A stretch of 64,000 nt of DNA from Auanema rhodensis (Eukaryota; Animalia; Nematoda): NCBI GenBank assembly GCA_964057225.1, contig OZ059896.1, positions 3,100,001 through 3,164,000 of the forward strand. The letters run 5' to 3'. Under the pieces are notes generated by a model, which did not search any database, was not told where the DNA came from, and saw only the letters and a program-made list of their open reading frames with translations. Positions within the stretch are counted from its first letter, which is position 1; each line of letters opens with the position of its first letter. The translations under genes were made by a program, and so were the position numbers. Positions 13,339 to 28,782 of the stretch are shown here, one piece after another.

Positions 13339-16300
13339 ATACACCGAGATATCAACTGATATAAGTTCACACCTATATCCTCGATTTTCACCCTGAAGAA
13401 TTAATTTTTTCGTTGAATAACATTGTCTATCGTTTTTGCCTTGAAAAAAGGAATCTAAAAACATCTACTTTTTGCTAAATTATTTTGAAATTTTTCGAAA
13501 AAATTTTTGTCAAAATGTTTTTGGAAGCAATTTTGAGTGTACATGGAAACTCAACATACACTAATGCATCATTTTTCAAACGATCATAACTAATTTTTGT
13601 ATTTAGCTTTTCTCAATGTAATATAGTGCTTTCGATGCGGATTTTTAAGCTGCGTCGATCTGTGTTATCAGATTTGCGCTAGCTTAAAAATGCACCGAGA
13701 TATCAACTGATATAAGTTCACACTTATATCCTCGATTTTCACCCTGAAGAATTAATTTTTTCGTTGAATAACATTGTCCATCGTTTTTGCCTTGAAAAAA
13801 GGAATCTAAGAACATCTACTTTTTGCTAAATTATTTTGAAATTTTTCGAAAAAATTTTTGTCAAAATGTTTTTGGAAGCAATTTTGAGTGTACATGGAAA
13901 CTCAACATACACTAATGCATCATTTTTCAAACGATCATAACTAATTTTTGTATTGAGCGTTGCTTAATGTAGTATAGTGCATTCGATGCGGATTTTTAAG
14001 CTGCGTCGATCTGTGTTATCAGATTTGCGCTAGCTTAAAAATGCACCGAGATATCAACTGATATAGGTTCACACTTATATCCTCGATTTTCACCGTGAAG
14101 AATTAATTTTTTTGTTGAATGACAATGTCCATCGTCTTTGTCTTGAAAAAAGAAATCTAAAAACATCTACTTTTTGTAAAATTATTTTGAAATTTTTCGG
14201 GAAAATTTTTGTCAAAATGTTTTTGGAAGCAATGTTGAGTGTACATGGAAACTCAACATACACTAATGCATCATTTTTCAAACGATCATAACTAATTTTT
14301 GTATTGAGCGTTGCTTAATGTAGTATAGTGCATTCGATGCGGATTTTTAAGCTGCGTCGATCTGTGTTATCAGATTTGCGCTAGCTTGAAAATGCACCGA
14401 GATATCAACTGATATAGGTTCACACTTATATCCTCGATTTTCACCGTGAAGAATTAATTTTTTTGTTGAATAACAATGTCCATCGTCTTTGTCTTGAAAA
14501 AAGGAATCTAAAAACATCTACTTTTTGTGAAATTATTTTGAAATTTTTCGGGAAAATTTTTGTCAAAATGTTTTTGGAAGCAATGTTGAGTGTACATGGA
14601 AACTCAACATACACTAATGCATCATTTTTCAAAGGATCATAACTAATTTTTGTATTGAGCGTTTCTTAATGTAGTATAGTGCATTCGATGCGGATTTTTA
14701 AGCTGGGTCGATCTGTGTTATCAGATTTGCGCTACCTTAAAAATACACCGAGATATCAACTGATATAAGTTCACACTTATATCCTCGATTTTCACCCTGA
14801 AGAATTAATTTTTTTGTTGAATAACAATGTCCATCGTCTTTGTCTTGAAAAAAAGAATCTAAAAACATCTACTTTTTGTGAAATTATTTTGAAATTTTTC
14901 GGGAAACTTTTTGTCAAAATGTTTTTGGAAGCAATGTTGAGTGTACATGGAAACTCAACATACACTAATGCATCATTTTTCAAACGATCATAACTAATTT
15001 TTGTATTGAGCGTTGCTTAATGTAGTATAGTGCATTCGATGCGGATTTTTAAGCTGCGTCGATCTGTGTTATCAGATTTGCGCTAGCTTAAAAATGCACC
15101 GAGATATCAACTGATATAGGTTCACACTTATATCCTCGATTTTCACCGTGAAGAATTAATTTTTTTGTTGAATGACAATGTCCATCGTCTTTGTCTTGAA
15201 AAAAGAAATCTAAAAACATCTACTTTTTGTAAAATTATTTTGAAATTTTTCGGGAAAATTTTTGTCAAAATGTTTTTGGAAGCAATGTTGTGTGTACATG
15301 GAAACTCAACATACACTAATGCATCATTTTTCAAACGATCATAACTAATTTTTGTATTGAGCGTTTCTTAATGTAGTATAGTACATTCGATGCGGATTTT
15401 TAAGCTGCGTCGATCTGTGTTATCAGATTTGCGCTAGCTTAAAAATGAACCGAGATATCAACCGATATAGATTCACACTTATATCCTCGATTTTCACCCT
15501 GAAGATTTAATTTTTTCGTTGAATAACATTGTCCATCGTCTTTGTCTTGAAAAAAGGAATCTGAAAACATCTACTTTTTGTGAAATTATTTTGAAATTTT
15601 TCGGGAAAATTTTTGTCAAAATGTTTTTGGAAGCAATGTTGAGTGTACATGGAAACTCAACATACACTAATGCATCATTTTTCAAACGATCATAACTAAT
15701 TTTTGTATTGAGCGTTTCTCCATGTAGTATAGTGCATTCGATGCGGATGTTTAAGCTGCGTCTATCTGTGTTATCAGATTTGCGCTAGCTTGAATATGCA
15801 CCGAGATATCAACTGATATAGGTTCACACTTATATCCTCGATTTTCACCGTGAAGAATTAATTTTTTTGTTGAATAACAATGTCCATCGTCTTTGTCTTG
15901 AAAAAAGGAATCTAAAAACATCTACTTTTTGTGAAATTATTTTGAAATTTTTCGGGAAACTTTTTGTCAAAATGTTTTTGGAAGCAATGTTGAGTGTACA
16001 TGGAAACTCAACATACACTAATGCATCATTTTTCAAAGGATCATAACTAATTTTTGTATTGAGCGTTTCTTAATGTAGTATAGTGCATTCGATGCGGATT
16101 TTTAAGCTGGGTCGATCTGTGTTATCAGATTTGCGCTACCTTAAAAATACACCGAGATATCAACTGATATAAGTTCACACCTATATCCTCGATTTTCACC
16201 CTGAAGAATTAATTTTTTCGTTGAATAACATTGTCTATCGTTTTTGCCTTGAAAAAAGGAATCTAAAAACATCTACTTTTTGCTAAATTATTTTGAAATT

Positions 16301-16760
16301 TTTCGAAAAAATTTTTGTCAAAATGTTTTTGGAAGCAATTTTGAGTGTACATGGAAACTCAACATACACTAATGCATCATTTTTCAAACGATCATAACTA
16401 ATTTTTGTATTTAGCTTTTCTCAATGTAATATAGTGCTTTCGATGCGGATTTTTAAGCTGCGTCGATCTGTGTTATCAGATTTGCGCTAGCTTAAAAATG
16501 CACCGAGATATCAACTGATATAAGTTCACACTTATATCCTCGATTTTCACCCTGAAGAATTAATTTTTTCGTTGAATAACATTGTCCATCGTTTTTGCCT
16601 TGAAAAAAGGAATCTAAGAACATCTACTTTTTGCTAAATTATTTTGAAATTTTTCGAAAAAATTTTTGTCAAAATGTTTTTGGAAGCAATTTTGAGTGTA
16701 CATGGAAACTCAACATACACTAATGCATCATTTTTCAAACGATCATAACTAATTTTTGTA
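11584..16760. repeat. 8-monomer-period (2808 bp) duplication containing both B and A monomers
   Basis: Private markers recur at +2808: CGTCTATCTG (~12951/~15759), ATAGTGCTTTCG (~13623/~16431) and CTAAGAAC (~13806/~16614). The order of ORF variants is identical. Confidence 0.9.
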
Positions 16761-19700
16761 TTTAGCTTTTCTCAATGTAGTATAGTGCATTCGATGCGGA
16801 TTTTTAAGCTGCGTCGATCTGTGTTATCAGATTTGCGCTAGCTTAAAAATGCACCGAGATATCAACTGATATAAGTTCACACTTATATCCTCGATTTTCA
16901 CCCTGAAGAATTAATTTTTTCGTTGAATAACATTGTCTATCGTTTTTGCCTTGAAAAAAGGAATCTAAAAACATCTACTTTTTGCTAAATTATTTTCAAA
17001 TTTTTCGAAAAAATTTTTGTCAAAATGTTTTTGGAAGCAATTTTGAGTGTACATGGAAACTCAACATACACTAATGCATCATTTTTCAAACGATCATAAC
17101 TAATTTTTGTATTCAGCTTTTTTCAATGTAGTATAGTGCATTCGATGCGGATTTTTATGCTGCGTCGATCGGTGTTATCAGATTTGCGCTAGCTTAAAAA
17201 TGCACCGAGATATCAACTGATATAGGTTCACACTTATATCCTCGATTTTCACCGTGAAGAATTAATTTTTTTGTTGAATGACAATGTCCATCGTCTTTGT
17301 CTTGAAAAAAGAAATCTAAAAACATCTACTTTTTGTAAAATTATTTTGAAATTTTTCGGGAAAATTTTTGTCAAAATGTTTTTGGAAGCAATGTTGTGTG
17401 TACATGGAAACTCAACATACACTAATGCATCATTTTTCAAACGATCATAACTAATTTTTGTATTGAGCGTTTCTTAATGTAGTATAGTACATTCGATGCG
17501 GATTTTTAAGCTGCGTCGATCTGTGTTATCAGATTTGCGCTAGCTTAAAAATGAACCGAGATATCAACCGATATAGATTCACACTTATATCCTCGATTTT
17601 CACCCTGAAGATTTAATTTTTTCGTTGAATAACATTGTCCATCGTCTTTGTCTTGAAAAAAGGAATCTGAAAACATCTACTTTTTGTGAAATTATTTTGA
17701 AATTTTTCGGGAAAATTTTTGTCAAAATGTTTTTGGAAGCAATGTTGAGTGTACATGGAAACTCAACATACACTAATGCATCATTTTTCAAACGATCATA
17801 ACTAATTTTTGTATTGAGCGTTTCTCCATGTAGTATAGTGCATTCGATGCGGATGTTTAAGCTGCGTCGATCTGTGTTATCAGATTTGCGCTAGCTTAAA
17901 AATGCACCGAGATATCAACTGATATAGGTTCACACTTATATCCTCGATTTTCACCGTGAAGAATTAATTTTTTTGTTGAATGACAATGTCCATCGTCTTT
18001 GTCTTGAAAAAAGAAATCTAAAAACATCTACTTTTTGTAAAATTATTTTGAAATTTTTCGGGAAAATTTTTGTCAAAATGTTTTTGGAAGCAATGTTGTG
18101 TGTACATGGAAACTCAACATACACTAATGCATCATTTTTCAAACGATCATAACTAATTTTTGTATTGAGCGTTTCTTAATGTAGTATAGTACATTCGATG
18201 CGGATTTTTAAGCTGCGTCGATCTGTGTTATCAGATTTGCGCTAGCTTAAAAATGAACCGAGATATCAACCGATATAGATTCACACTTATATCCTCGATT
18301 TTCACCCTGAAGATTTAATTTTTTCGTTGAATAACATTGTCCATCGTCTTTGTCTTGAAAAAAGGAATCTGAAAACATCTACTTTTTGTGAAATTATTTT
18401 GAAATTTTTCGGGAAAATTTTTGTCAAAATGTTTTTGGAAGCAATGTTGAGTGTACATGGAAACTCAACATACACTAATGCATCATTTTTCAAACGATCA
18501 TAACTAATTTTTGTATTGAGCGTTTCTCCATGTAGTATAGTGCATTCGATGCGGATGTTTAAGCTGCGTCGATCTGTGTTATCAGATTTGCGCTAGCTTG
18601 AATATGCACCGAGATATCAACTGATATAGGTTCACACTTATATCCTCGATTTTCACCGTGAAGAATTAATTTTTTTGTTGAATAACAATGTCCATCGTCT
18701 TTGTCTTGAAAAAAGGAATCTAAAAACATCTACTTTTTGTGAAATTATTTTGAAATTTTTCGGGAAACTTTTTGTCAAAATGTTTTTGGAAGCAATGTTG
18801 AGTGTACATGGAAACTCAACATACACTAATGCATCATTTTTCAAAGGATCATAACTAATTTTTGTATTGAGCGTTTCTTAATGTAGTATAGTGCATTCGA
18901 TGCGGATTTTTAAGCTGGGTCGATCTGTGTTATCAGATTTGCGCTACCTTAAAAATACACCGAGATATCAACTGATATAAGTTCACACCTATATCCTCGA
19001 TTTTCACCCTGAAGAATTAATTTTTTCGTTGAATAACATTGTCTATCGTTTTTGCCTTGAAAAAAGGAATCTAAAAACATCTACTTTTTGCTAAATTATT
19101 TTGAAATTTTTCGAAAAAATTTTTGTCAAAATGTTTTTGGAAGCAATTTTGAGTGTACATGGAAACTCAACATACACTAATGCATCATTTTTCAAACGAT
19201 CATAACTAATTTTTGTATTGAGCGTTTCTCCATGTAGTATAGTGCATTCGATGCGGATGTTTAAGCTGCGTCGATCTGTGTTATCAGATTTGCGCTAGCT
19301 TGAATATGCACCGAGATATCAACTGATATAGGTTCACACTTATATCCTCGATTTTCACCGTGAAGAATTAATTTTTTTGTTGAATGACAATGTCCATCGT
19401 CTTTGTCTTGAAAAAAGAAATCTAAAAACATCTACTTTTTGTAAAATTATTTTGAAATTTTTCGGGAAAATTTTTGTCAAAATGTTTTTGGAAGCAATGT
19501 TGTGTGTACATGGAAACTCAACATACACTAATGCATCATTTTTCAAACGATCATAACTAATTTTTGTATTGAGCGTTTCTTAATGTAGTATAGTACATTC
19601 GATGCGGATTTTTAAGCTGCGTCGATCTGTGTTATCAGATTTGCGCTAGCTTAAAAATGAACCGAGATATCAACCGATATAGATTCACACTTATATCCTC

Positions 19701-20358
19701 GATTTTCACCCTGAAGATTTAATTTTTTCGTTGAATAACATTGTCCATCGTCTTTGTCTTGAAAAAAGGAATCTGAAAACATCTACTTTTTGTGAAATTA
19801 TTTTGAAATTTTTCGGGAAAATTTTTGTCAAAATGTTTTTGGAAGCAATGTTGAGTGTACATGGAAACTCAACATACACTAATGCATCATTTTTCAAACG
19901 ATCATAACTAATTTTTGTATTGAGCGTTTCTCCATGTAGTATAGTGCATTCGATGCGGATGTTTAAGCTGCGTCGATCTGTGTTATCAGATTTGCGCTAG
20001 CTTGAATATGCACCGAGATATCAACTGATATAGGTTCACACTTATATCCTCGATTTTCACCGTGAAGAATTAATTTTTTTGTTGAATAACAATGTCCATC
20101 GTCTTTGTCTTGAAAAAAGGAATCTAAAAACATCTACTTTTTGTGAAATTATTTTGAAATTTTTCGGGAAACTTTTTGTCAAAATGTTTTTGGAAGCAAT
20201 GTTGAGTGTACATGGAAACTCAACATACACTAATGCATCATTTTTCAAAGGATCATAACTAATTTTTGTATTGAGCGTTTCTTAATGTAGTATAGTGCAT
20301 TCGATGCGGATTTTTAAGCTGGGTCGATCTGTGTTATCAGATTTGCGCTACCTTAAAA
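13339..20358. repeat. Interleaved A/B zone: A2-B6-A3-B5-A1-B3
   Basis: A-bodied monomers at 13339-14040, 16147-17199 and 18955-19305; B monomers at 14041-16146, 17200-18954 and 19306-20358. This matches the gaps in the ORF track. Confidence 0.92.
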
Positions 20359-23300
20359 ATACACCGAGATATCAACTGATATAAGTTCACACCTATATCC
20401 TCGATTTTCACCCTGAAGAATTAATTTTTTCGTTGAATAACATTGTCTATCGTTTTTGCCTTGAAAAAAGGAATCTAAAAACATCTACTTTTTGCTAAAT
20501 TATTTTGAAATTTTTCGAAAAAATTTTTGTCAAAATGTTTTTGGAAGCAATTTTGAGTGTACATGGAAACTCAACATACACTAATGCATCATTTTTCAAA
20601 CGATCATAACTAATTTTTGTATTTAGCTTTTCTCAATGTAATATAGTGCATTCGATGCGGATTTTTAAGCTGCGTCGATCTGTGTTATCAGATTTGCGCT
20701 AGCTTAAAAATGCACCGAGATATCAACTGATATAAGTTCACACTTATATCCTCGATTTTCACCCTGAAGAATTAATTTTTTCGTTGAATAACATTGTCCA
20801 TCGTTTTTGCCTTGAAAAAAGGAATCTAAGAACATCTACTTTTTGCTAAATTATTTTGAAATTTTTCGAAAAAATTTTTGTCAAAATGTTTTTGGAAGCA
20901 ATTTTGAGTGTACATGGAAACTCAACATACACTAATGCATCATTTTTCAAACGATCATAACTAATTTTTGTATTTAGCTTTTCTCAATGTAGTATAGTGC
21001 ATTCGATGCGGATTTTTAAGCTGCGTCGATCTGTGTTATCAGATTTGCGCTAGCTTAAAAATGCACCGAGATATCAACTGATATAAGTTCACACTTATAT
21101 CCTCGATTTTCACCCTGAAGAATTAATTTTTTCGTTGAATAACATTGTCTATCGTTTTTGCCTTGAAAAAAGGAATCTAAAAACATCTACTTTTTGCTAA
21201 ATTATTTTCAAATTTTTCGAAAAAATTTTTGTCAAAATGTTTTTGGAAGCAATTTTGAGTGTACATGGAAACTCAACATACACTAATGCATCATTTTTCA
21301 AACGATCATAACTAATTTTTGTATTCAGCTTTTTTCAATGTAGTATAGTGCATTCGATGCGGATTTTTATGCTGCGTCGATCGGTGTTATCAGATTTGCG
21401 CTAGCTTAAAAATGCACCGAGATATCAACTGATATAAGTTCACACTTATATCCTCGATTTTCACCCTGAAGAATTAATTTTTTCGTTGAATAACATTGTC
21501 CATCGTTTTTGCCTTGAAAAAAGGAATCTAAGAACATCTACTTTTTGCTAAATTATTTTGAAATTTTTCGAAAAAATTTTTGTCAAAATGTTTTTGGAAG
21601 CAATTTTGAGTGTACATGGAAACTCAACATACACTAATGCATCATTTTTCAAACGATCATAACTAATTTTTGTATTTAGCTTTTCTCAATGTAGTATAGT
21701 GCATTCGATGCGGATTTTTAAGCTGCGTCGATCTGTGTTATCAGATTTGCGCTAGCTTAAAAATGCACCGAGATATCAACTGATATAAGTTCACACTTAT
21801 ATCCTCGATTTTCACCCTGAAGAATTAATTTTTTCGTTGAATAACATTGTCTATCGTTTTTGCCTTGAAAAAAGGAATCTAAAAACATCTACTTTTTGCT
21901 AAATTATTTTCAAATTTTTCGAAAAAATTTTTGTCAAAATGTTTTTGGAAGCAATTTTGAGTGTACATGGAAACTCAACATACACTAATGCATCATTTTT
22001 CAAACGATCATAACTAATTTTTGTATTCAGCTTTTTTCAATGTAGTATAGTGCATTCGATGCGGATTTTTATGCTGCGTCGATCGGTGTTATCAGATTTG
22101 CGCTAGCTTAAAAATGCACCGAGATATCAACTGATATAAGTTTACACTTATATCCTCGATTTTCACCCTGAAGAAATAATTTTTTCGTTGAATAACATTG
22201 TCCATCGTTTTTGCCTTGAAAAAAGGAATCTAAAAACATCTACTTTTTGCTAAATTATTTTGAAATTTTTCGAAAAAATTTTTGTCAAAATGTTTTTGGA
22301 AGCAATTTTGAGTGTACATGGAAACTCAACATACACTAATGCATCATTTTTCAAACGATCATAACTAATTTTTGTATTCAGCTTTTTTCAATGTAGTATA
22401 GTGCATTCGATGCGGATTTTTATGCTGCGTCGATCGGTGTTATCAGATTTGCGCTAGCTTAAAAATGCACCGAGATATCAACTGATATAAGTTTACACTT
22501 ATATCCTCGATTTTCACCCTGAAGAAATAATTTTTTCGTTGAATAACATTGTCCATCGTTTTTGCCTTGAAAAAAGGAATCTAAAAACATCTACTTTTTG
22601 CTAAATTATTTTGAAATTTTTCGAAAAAATTTTTGTCAAAATGTTTTTGGAAGCAATTTTGAGTGTACATGGAAACTCAACATACACTAATGCATCATTT
22701 TTCAAACGATCATAACTAATTTTTGTATTTAGCTTTTCTCAATGTAATATAGTGCATTCGATGCGGATTTTTAAGCTGCGTCGATCTGTGTTATCAGATT
22801 TGCGCTAGCTTAAAAATGCACCGAGATATCAACTGATATAAGTTCACACTTATATCCTCGATTTTCACCCTGAAGAATTAATTTTTTCGTTGAATAACAT
22901 TGTCCATCGTTTTTGCCTTGAAAAAAGGAATCTAAAAACATCTACTTTTTGCTAAATTATTTTGAAATTTTTCGAAAAAATTTTTGTCAAAATGTTTTTG
23001 GAAGCAATTTTGAGTGTACATGGAAACTCAACATACACTAATGCATCATTTTTCAAACGATCATAACTAATTTTTGTATTTAGCTTTTCTCAATGTAGTA
23101 TAGTGCATTCGATGCGGATTTTTAAGCTGCGTCGATCTGTACTATCAGATTTGCGCTAGCTTGAAAATGCACCGAGATATCAACTGATATAAGTTCACAC
23201 CTATATCCTCGATTTTCACCCTGAAGAATTAATTTTTTCGTTGAATAACATTGTCTATCGTTTTTGCCTTGAAAAAAGGAATCTAAAAACTTCTACTTTT

Positions 23301-26300
23301 TGCTAAATTATTCTCAAATTTTTCGAAAAAATTTTTGTCAAAATGTTTTTGGAAGCAATTTTGAGTGTACATGGAAACTCAACATACACTAATGCATCAT
23401 TTTTCAAACAATCATAACTAATTTTTGTATTTAGCTTTTCTCAATGTAGTATAGTGCATTCGATGCGGATTTTTAAGCTGCGTCGATCTGTGTTATCAGA
23501 TTTGCGCTAGCTTAAAAATGCACCGAGATATCAACTGATATAAGTTCACACTTATATCCTCGATTTTCACCCTGGAGAATTAATTTTTTCGTTGAATAAC
23601 ATTGTCCATCGTTTTTGCCTTGAAAAAAGGAATCTAAAAACATCTACTTTCTGCTAAATTATTTTGAAATTTTTCGAAAAAATTTTTGTCAAAATGTTTT
23701 TGGAAGCAATTTTGAGTGTACATGGAAACTCAACATACACTAATGCATCATTTTTCAAACGATCATAACTAATTTTTGTATTAAGCTTTTCTCAATGAAG
23801 TTTAGTGCATTCGATGCGGATTTTTAAGCTGCGTCGATCTGTGTTATCAGATTTGCGCTAGCTTAAAAATGCACCGAGATATCAACTGATATAAGTTCAC
23901 ACTTATATCCTCGATTTTCACCCTGAAGAATTAATTTTTTCGTTGAATAACATTGTCCATCGTTTTTGCCTTGAAAAAAGGAATCTAAAAACATCTACTT
24001 TCTGCTAAATTATTTTGAAATTTTTCGAAAAAATTTTTGTCAAAATGTTTTTGGAAGCAATTTTGAGTGTACATGGAAACTCAACATACACTAATGCATC
24101 ATTTTTCAAACGATCATAACTAATTTTTGTATTTAGCTTTTCTCAATGTAGTATAGTGCATTCGATGCGGATTTTTAAGCTGCGTCGATCTGTGTTATCA
24201 GATTTGCGCTAGCTCAAAAATGCACCGAGATATCAACTGATATAAGTTCACACTTATATCCTCGATTTTCACCCTGAAGAATTAATTTTTTCGTTGAATA
24301 ACATTGTCCATCGTTTTTGCCTTGAAAAAAGGAATCTAAAAACATCTACTTTTTGCTAAATTATTTTGAAATTTTTCGAAAAAATTTTTGTCAAAATGTT
24401 TTTGGAAGCAATTTTGAGTGTACATGGAAACTCAACATACACTAATGCATCATTTTTCAAACGATCATAACTAATTTTTGTATTTAGCTTTTCTCAATGT
24501 AGTATAGTGCATTCGATGCGGATTTTTAAGCTGCGTCGATCTGTACTATCAGATTTGCGCTAGCTTGAAAATGCACCGAGATATCAACTGATATAAGTTC
24601 ACACCTATATCCTCGATTTTCACCCTGAAGAATTGATTTTTTCGTTGAATAACATTGTCTATCGTTTTTGCCTTGAAAAAAGGAATCTAAAAACTTCTAC
24701 TTTTTGCTAAATTATTCTCAAATTTTTCGAAAAAATTTTTGTCAAAATGTTTTTGGAAGCAATTTTGAGTGTACATGGAAACTCAACATACACTAATGCA
24801 TCATTTTTCAAACGATCATAACTAATTTTTGTATTTAGCTTTTCTCAATGTAGTATAGTGCATTCGATGCGGATTTTTAAGCTGCGTCGATCTGTGTTAT
24901 CAGATTTGCGCTAGCTTAAAAATGCACCGAGATATCAACTGATATAAGTTCACACTTATATCCTCGATTTTCACCCTGGAGAATTAATTTTTTCGTTGAA
25001 TAACATTGTCCATCGTTTTTGCCTTGAAAAAAGGAATCTAAAAACATCTACTTTCTGCTAAATTATTTTCAAATTTTTCGAAAAAATTTTTGTCAAAATG
25101 TTTTTGGAAGCAATTTTGAGTGTACATGGAAACTCAACATACACTAATGCATCATTTTTCAAACGATCATAACTAATTTTTGTATTCAGCTTTTCTCAAT
25201 GTAGTATAGTGCATTCGATGCGGATTTTTAAGCTGCGTCGATCTGTGTTATCAGATTTGCGCTAGCTTAAAAATGCACCGAGATATCAACTGATATAAGT
25301 TTACACTTATATCCTCGATTTTCACCCTGAAGAAATAATTTTTTCGTTGAATAACATTGTCCATCGTTTTTGCCTTGAAAAAAGGAATCTAAAAACATCT
25401 ACTTTTTGCTAAATTATTTTGAAATTTTTCGAAAAAATTTTTGTCAAAATGTTTTTGGAAGCAATTTTGAGTGTACATGGAAACTCAACATACACTAATG
25501 CATCATTTTTCAAACGATCATAACTAATTTTTGTATTAAGCTTTTCTCAATGAAGTTTAGTGCATTCGATGCGGATTTTTAAGCTGCGTCGATCTGTGTT
25601 ATCAGATTTGCGCTAGCTTAAAAATGCACCGAGATATCAACTGATATAAGTTCACACTTATATCCTCGATTTTCACCCTGAAGAATTAATTTTTTCGTTG
25701 AATAACATTGTCCATCGTTTTTGCCTTGAAAAAAGGAATCTAAAAACATCTACTTTTTGCTAAATTATTTTGAAATTCTTCGAAAAAATTTTTGTCAAAA
25801 TGTTTTTGGAAGCAATTTTGAGTGTACATGGAAACTCAACATACACTAATGCATCATTTTTCAAACGATCATAACTAATTTTTGTATTTAGCTTTTCTCA
25901 ATGTAATATAGTGCATTCGATGCGGATTTTTAAGCTGCGTCGATCTGTGTTATCAGATTTGCGCTAGCTTAAAAATGCACCGAGATATCAACTGATATAA
26001 GTTCACACTTATATCCTCGATTTTCACCCTGAAGAATTAATTTTTTCGTTGAATAACATTGTCCATCGTTTTTGCCTTGAAAAAAGGAATCTAAAAACAT
26101 CTACTTTTTGCTAAATTATTTTGAAATTTTTCGAAAACATTTTTGTCAAAATGTTTTTGGAAGCAATTTTGAGTGTACATGGAAACTCAACATACACTAA
26201 TGCATCATTTTTCAAACGATCATAACTAATTTTTGTATTTAGCTTTTCTCAATGTAATATAATGCATTCGATGCGGATTTTTAAGCTGCGTCGATCTGTG

Positions 26301-27378
26301 TTATCAGATTTGCGCTAGCTTAAAAATGCACCGAGATATCAACTGATATAAGTTCACACTTATATCCTCGATTTTCACCCTGAAGAATTAATTTTTTCGT
26401 TGAATAACATTGTCCATCGTTTTTGCCTTGAAAAAAGAAATCTAAAAACATCTACTTTTTGCTAAATTATTTTGAAATTTTTCGAAAAAATTTTTGTCAA
26501 AATGTTTTTGGAAGCAATGTTGAGTGTACATGGAAACTCAACATACACTAATGCATCATTTTTCAAACGATCATAACTAATTTTTGTATTAAGCGTTTCT
26601 CAATGTAGTATAGTGCATTCGATGCGGATTTTTAAGCTGCGTCGATCTGTACTATCAGATTTGCGCTAGCTTGAAAATGCACCGAGATATCAACTGATAT
26701 AAGTTCACACCTATATCCTCGATTTTCACCCTGAAGAATTAATTTTTTCGTTGAATAACATTGTCTATCGTTTTTGCCTTGAAAAAAGGAATCTAAAAAC
26801 ATCTACTTTTTGCTAAATTATTTTCAAATTTTTCGAAAAAATTTTTGTCAAAATGTTTTTGGAAGCAATTTTGAGTGTACATGGAAACTCAACATACACT
26901 AATGCATCATTTTTCAAACGATCATAACTAATTTTTGTATTTAGCTTTTCTCAATGTAGTTCAGTGCATTCGATGCGGATTTTTAAGCTGCGTCGATCTG
27001 TACTATCAGATTTGCGCTAGCTTGAAAATGCACCGAGATATCAACTGATATAAGTTCACACCTATATCCTCGATTTTCACCCTGAAGAATTAATTTTTTC
27101 GTTGAATAACATTGTCTATCGTTTTTGCCTTGAAAAAAGGAATCTAAAAACATCTACTTTTTGCTAAATTATTTTCAAATTTTTCGAAAAAATTTTTGTC
27201 AAAATGTTTTTGGAAGCAATTTTGAGTGTACATGGAAACTCAACATACACTAATGCATCATTTTTCAAACGATCATAACTAATTTTTGTATTTAGCTTTT
27301 CTCAATGTAGTATAGTGCATTCGATGCGGATTTTTAAGCTGCGTCGATCTGTGTTATCAGATTTGCGCTAGCTTGAAA
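20359..27378. repeat. Subfamily A block, 20 monomers
   Basis: A alleles throughout; ORF-track gap 20249-27427. Confidence 0.95.
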
Positions 27379-28782
27379 ATGCACCGAGATATCAACTGAT
27401 ATAGGTTCACACTTATATCCTCGATTTTCACCGTGAAGAATTAATTTTTTTGTTGAATAACAATGTCCATCGTCTTTGTCTTGAAAAAAGGAATCTAAAA
27501 ACATCTACTTTTTGTGAAATTATTTTGAAATTTTTCGGGAAAATTTTTGTCAAAATGTTTTTGGAAGCAATGTTGAGTGTACATGGAAACTCAACATACA
27601 CTAATGCATCATTTTTCAAAGGATCATAACTAATTTTTGTATTGAGCGTTTCTTAATGTAGTATAGTGCATTCGATGCGGATTTTTAAGCTGGGTCGATC
27701 TGTGTTATCAGATTTGCGCTACCTTAAAAATACACCGAGATATCAACTGATATAAGTTCACACTTATATCCTCGATTTTCACCCTGAAGAATTAATTTTT
27801 TTGTTGAATAACAATGTCCATCGTCTTTGTCTTGAAAAAAAGAATCTAAAAACATCTACTTTTTGTGAAATTATTTTGAAATTTTTCGGGAAACTTTTTG
27901 TCAAAATGTTTTTGGAAGCAATGTTGAGTGTACATGGAAACTCAACATACACTAATGCATCATTTTTCAAACGATCATAACTAATTTTTGTATTGAGCGT
28001 TGCTTAATGTAGTATAGTGCATTCGATGCGGATTTTTAAGCTGCGTCGATCTGTGTTATCAGATTTGCGCTAGCTTAAAAATGCACCGAGATATCAACTG
28101 ATATAGGTTCACACTTATATCCTCGATTTTCACCGTGAAGAATTAATTTTTTTGTTGAATGACAATGTCCATCGTCTTTGTCTTGAAAAAAGAAATCTAA
28201 AAACATCTACTTTTTGTAAAATTATTTTGAAATTTTTCGGGAAAATTTTTGTCAAAATGTTTTTGGAAGCAATGTTGTGTGTACATGGAAACTCAACATA
28301 CACTAATGCATCATTTTTCAAACGATCATAACTAATTTTTGTATTGAGCGTTTCTTAATGTAGTATAGTACATTCGATGCGGATTTTTAAGCTGCGTCGA
28401 TCTGTGTTATCAGATTTGCGCTAGCTTAAAAATGAACCGAGATATCAACCGATATAGATTCACACTTATATCCTCGATTTTCACCCTGAAGATTTAATTT
28501 TTTCGTTGAATAACATTGTCCATCGTCTTTGTCTTGAAAAAAGGAATCTGAAAACATCTACTTTTTGTGAAATTATTTTGAAATTTTTCGGGAAAATTTT
28601 TGTCAAAATGTTTTTGGAAGCAATGTTGAGTGTACATGGAAACTCAACATACACTAATGCATCATTTTTCAAACGATCATAACTAATTTTTGTATTGAGC
28701 GTTTCTCCATGTAGTATAGTGCATTCGATGCGGATGTTTAAGCTGCGTCGATCTGTGTTATCAGATTTGCGCTAGCTTGAAA
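27379..28782. repeat. Subfamily B block, 4 monomers
   Basis: B alleles; ORF hits at 27428, 27779, 28130 and 28481. Confidence 0.95.
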
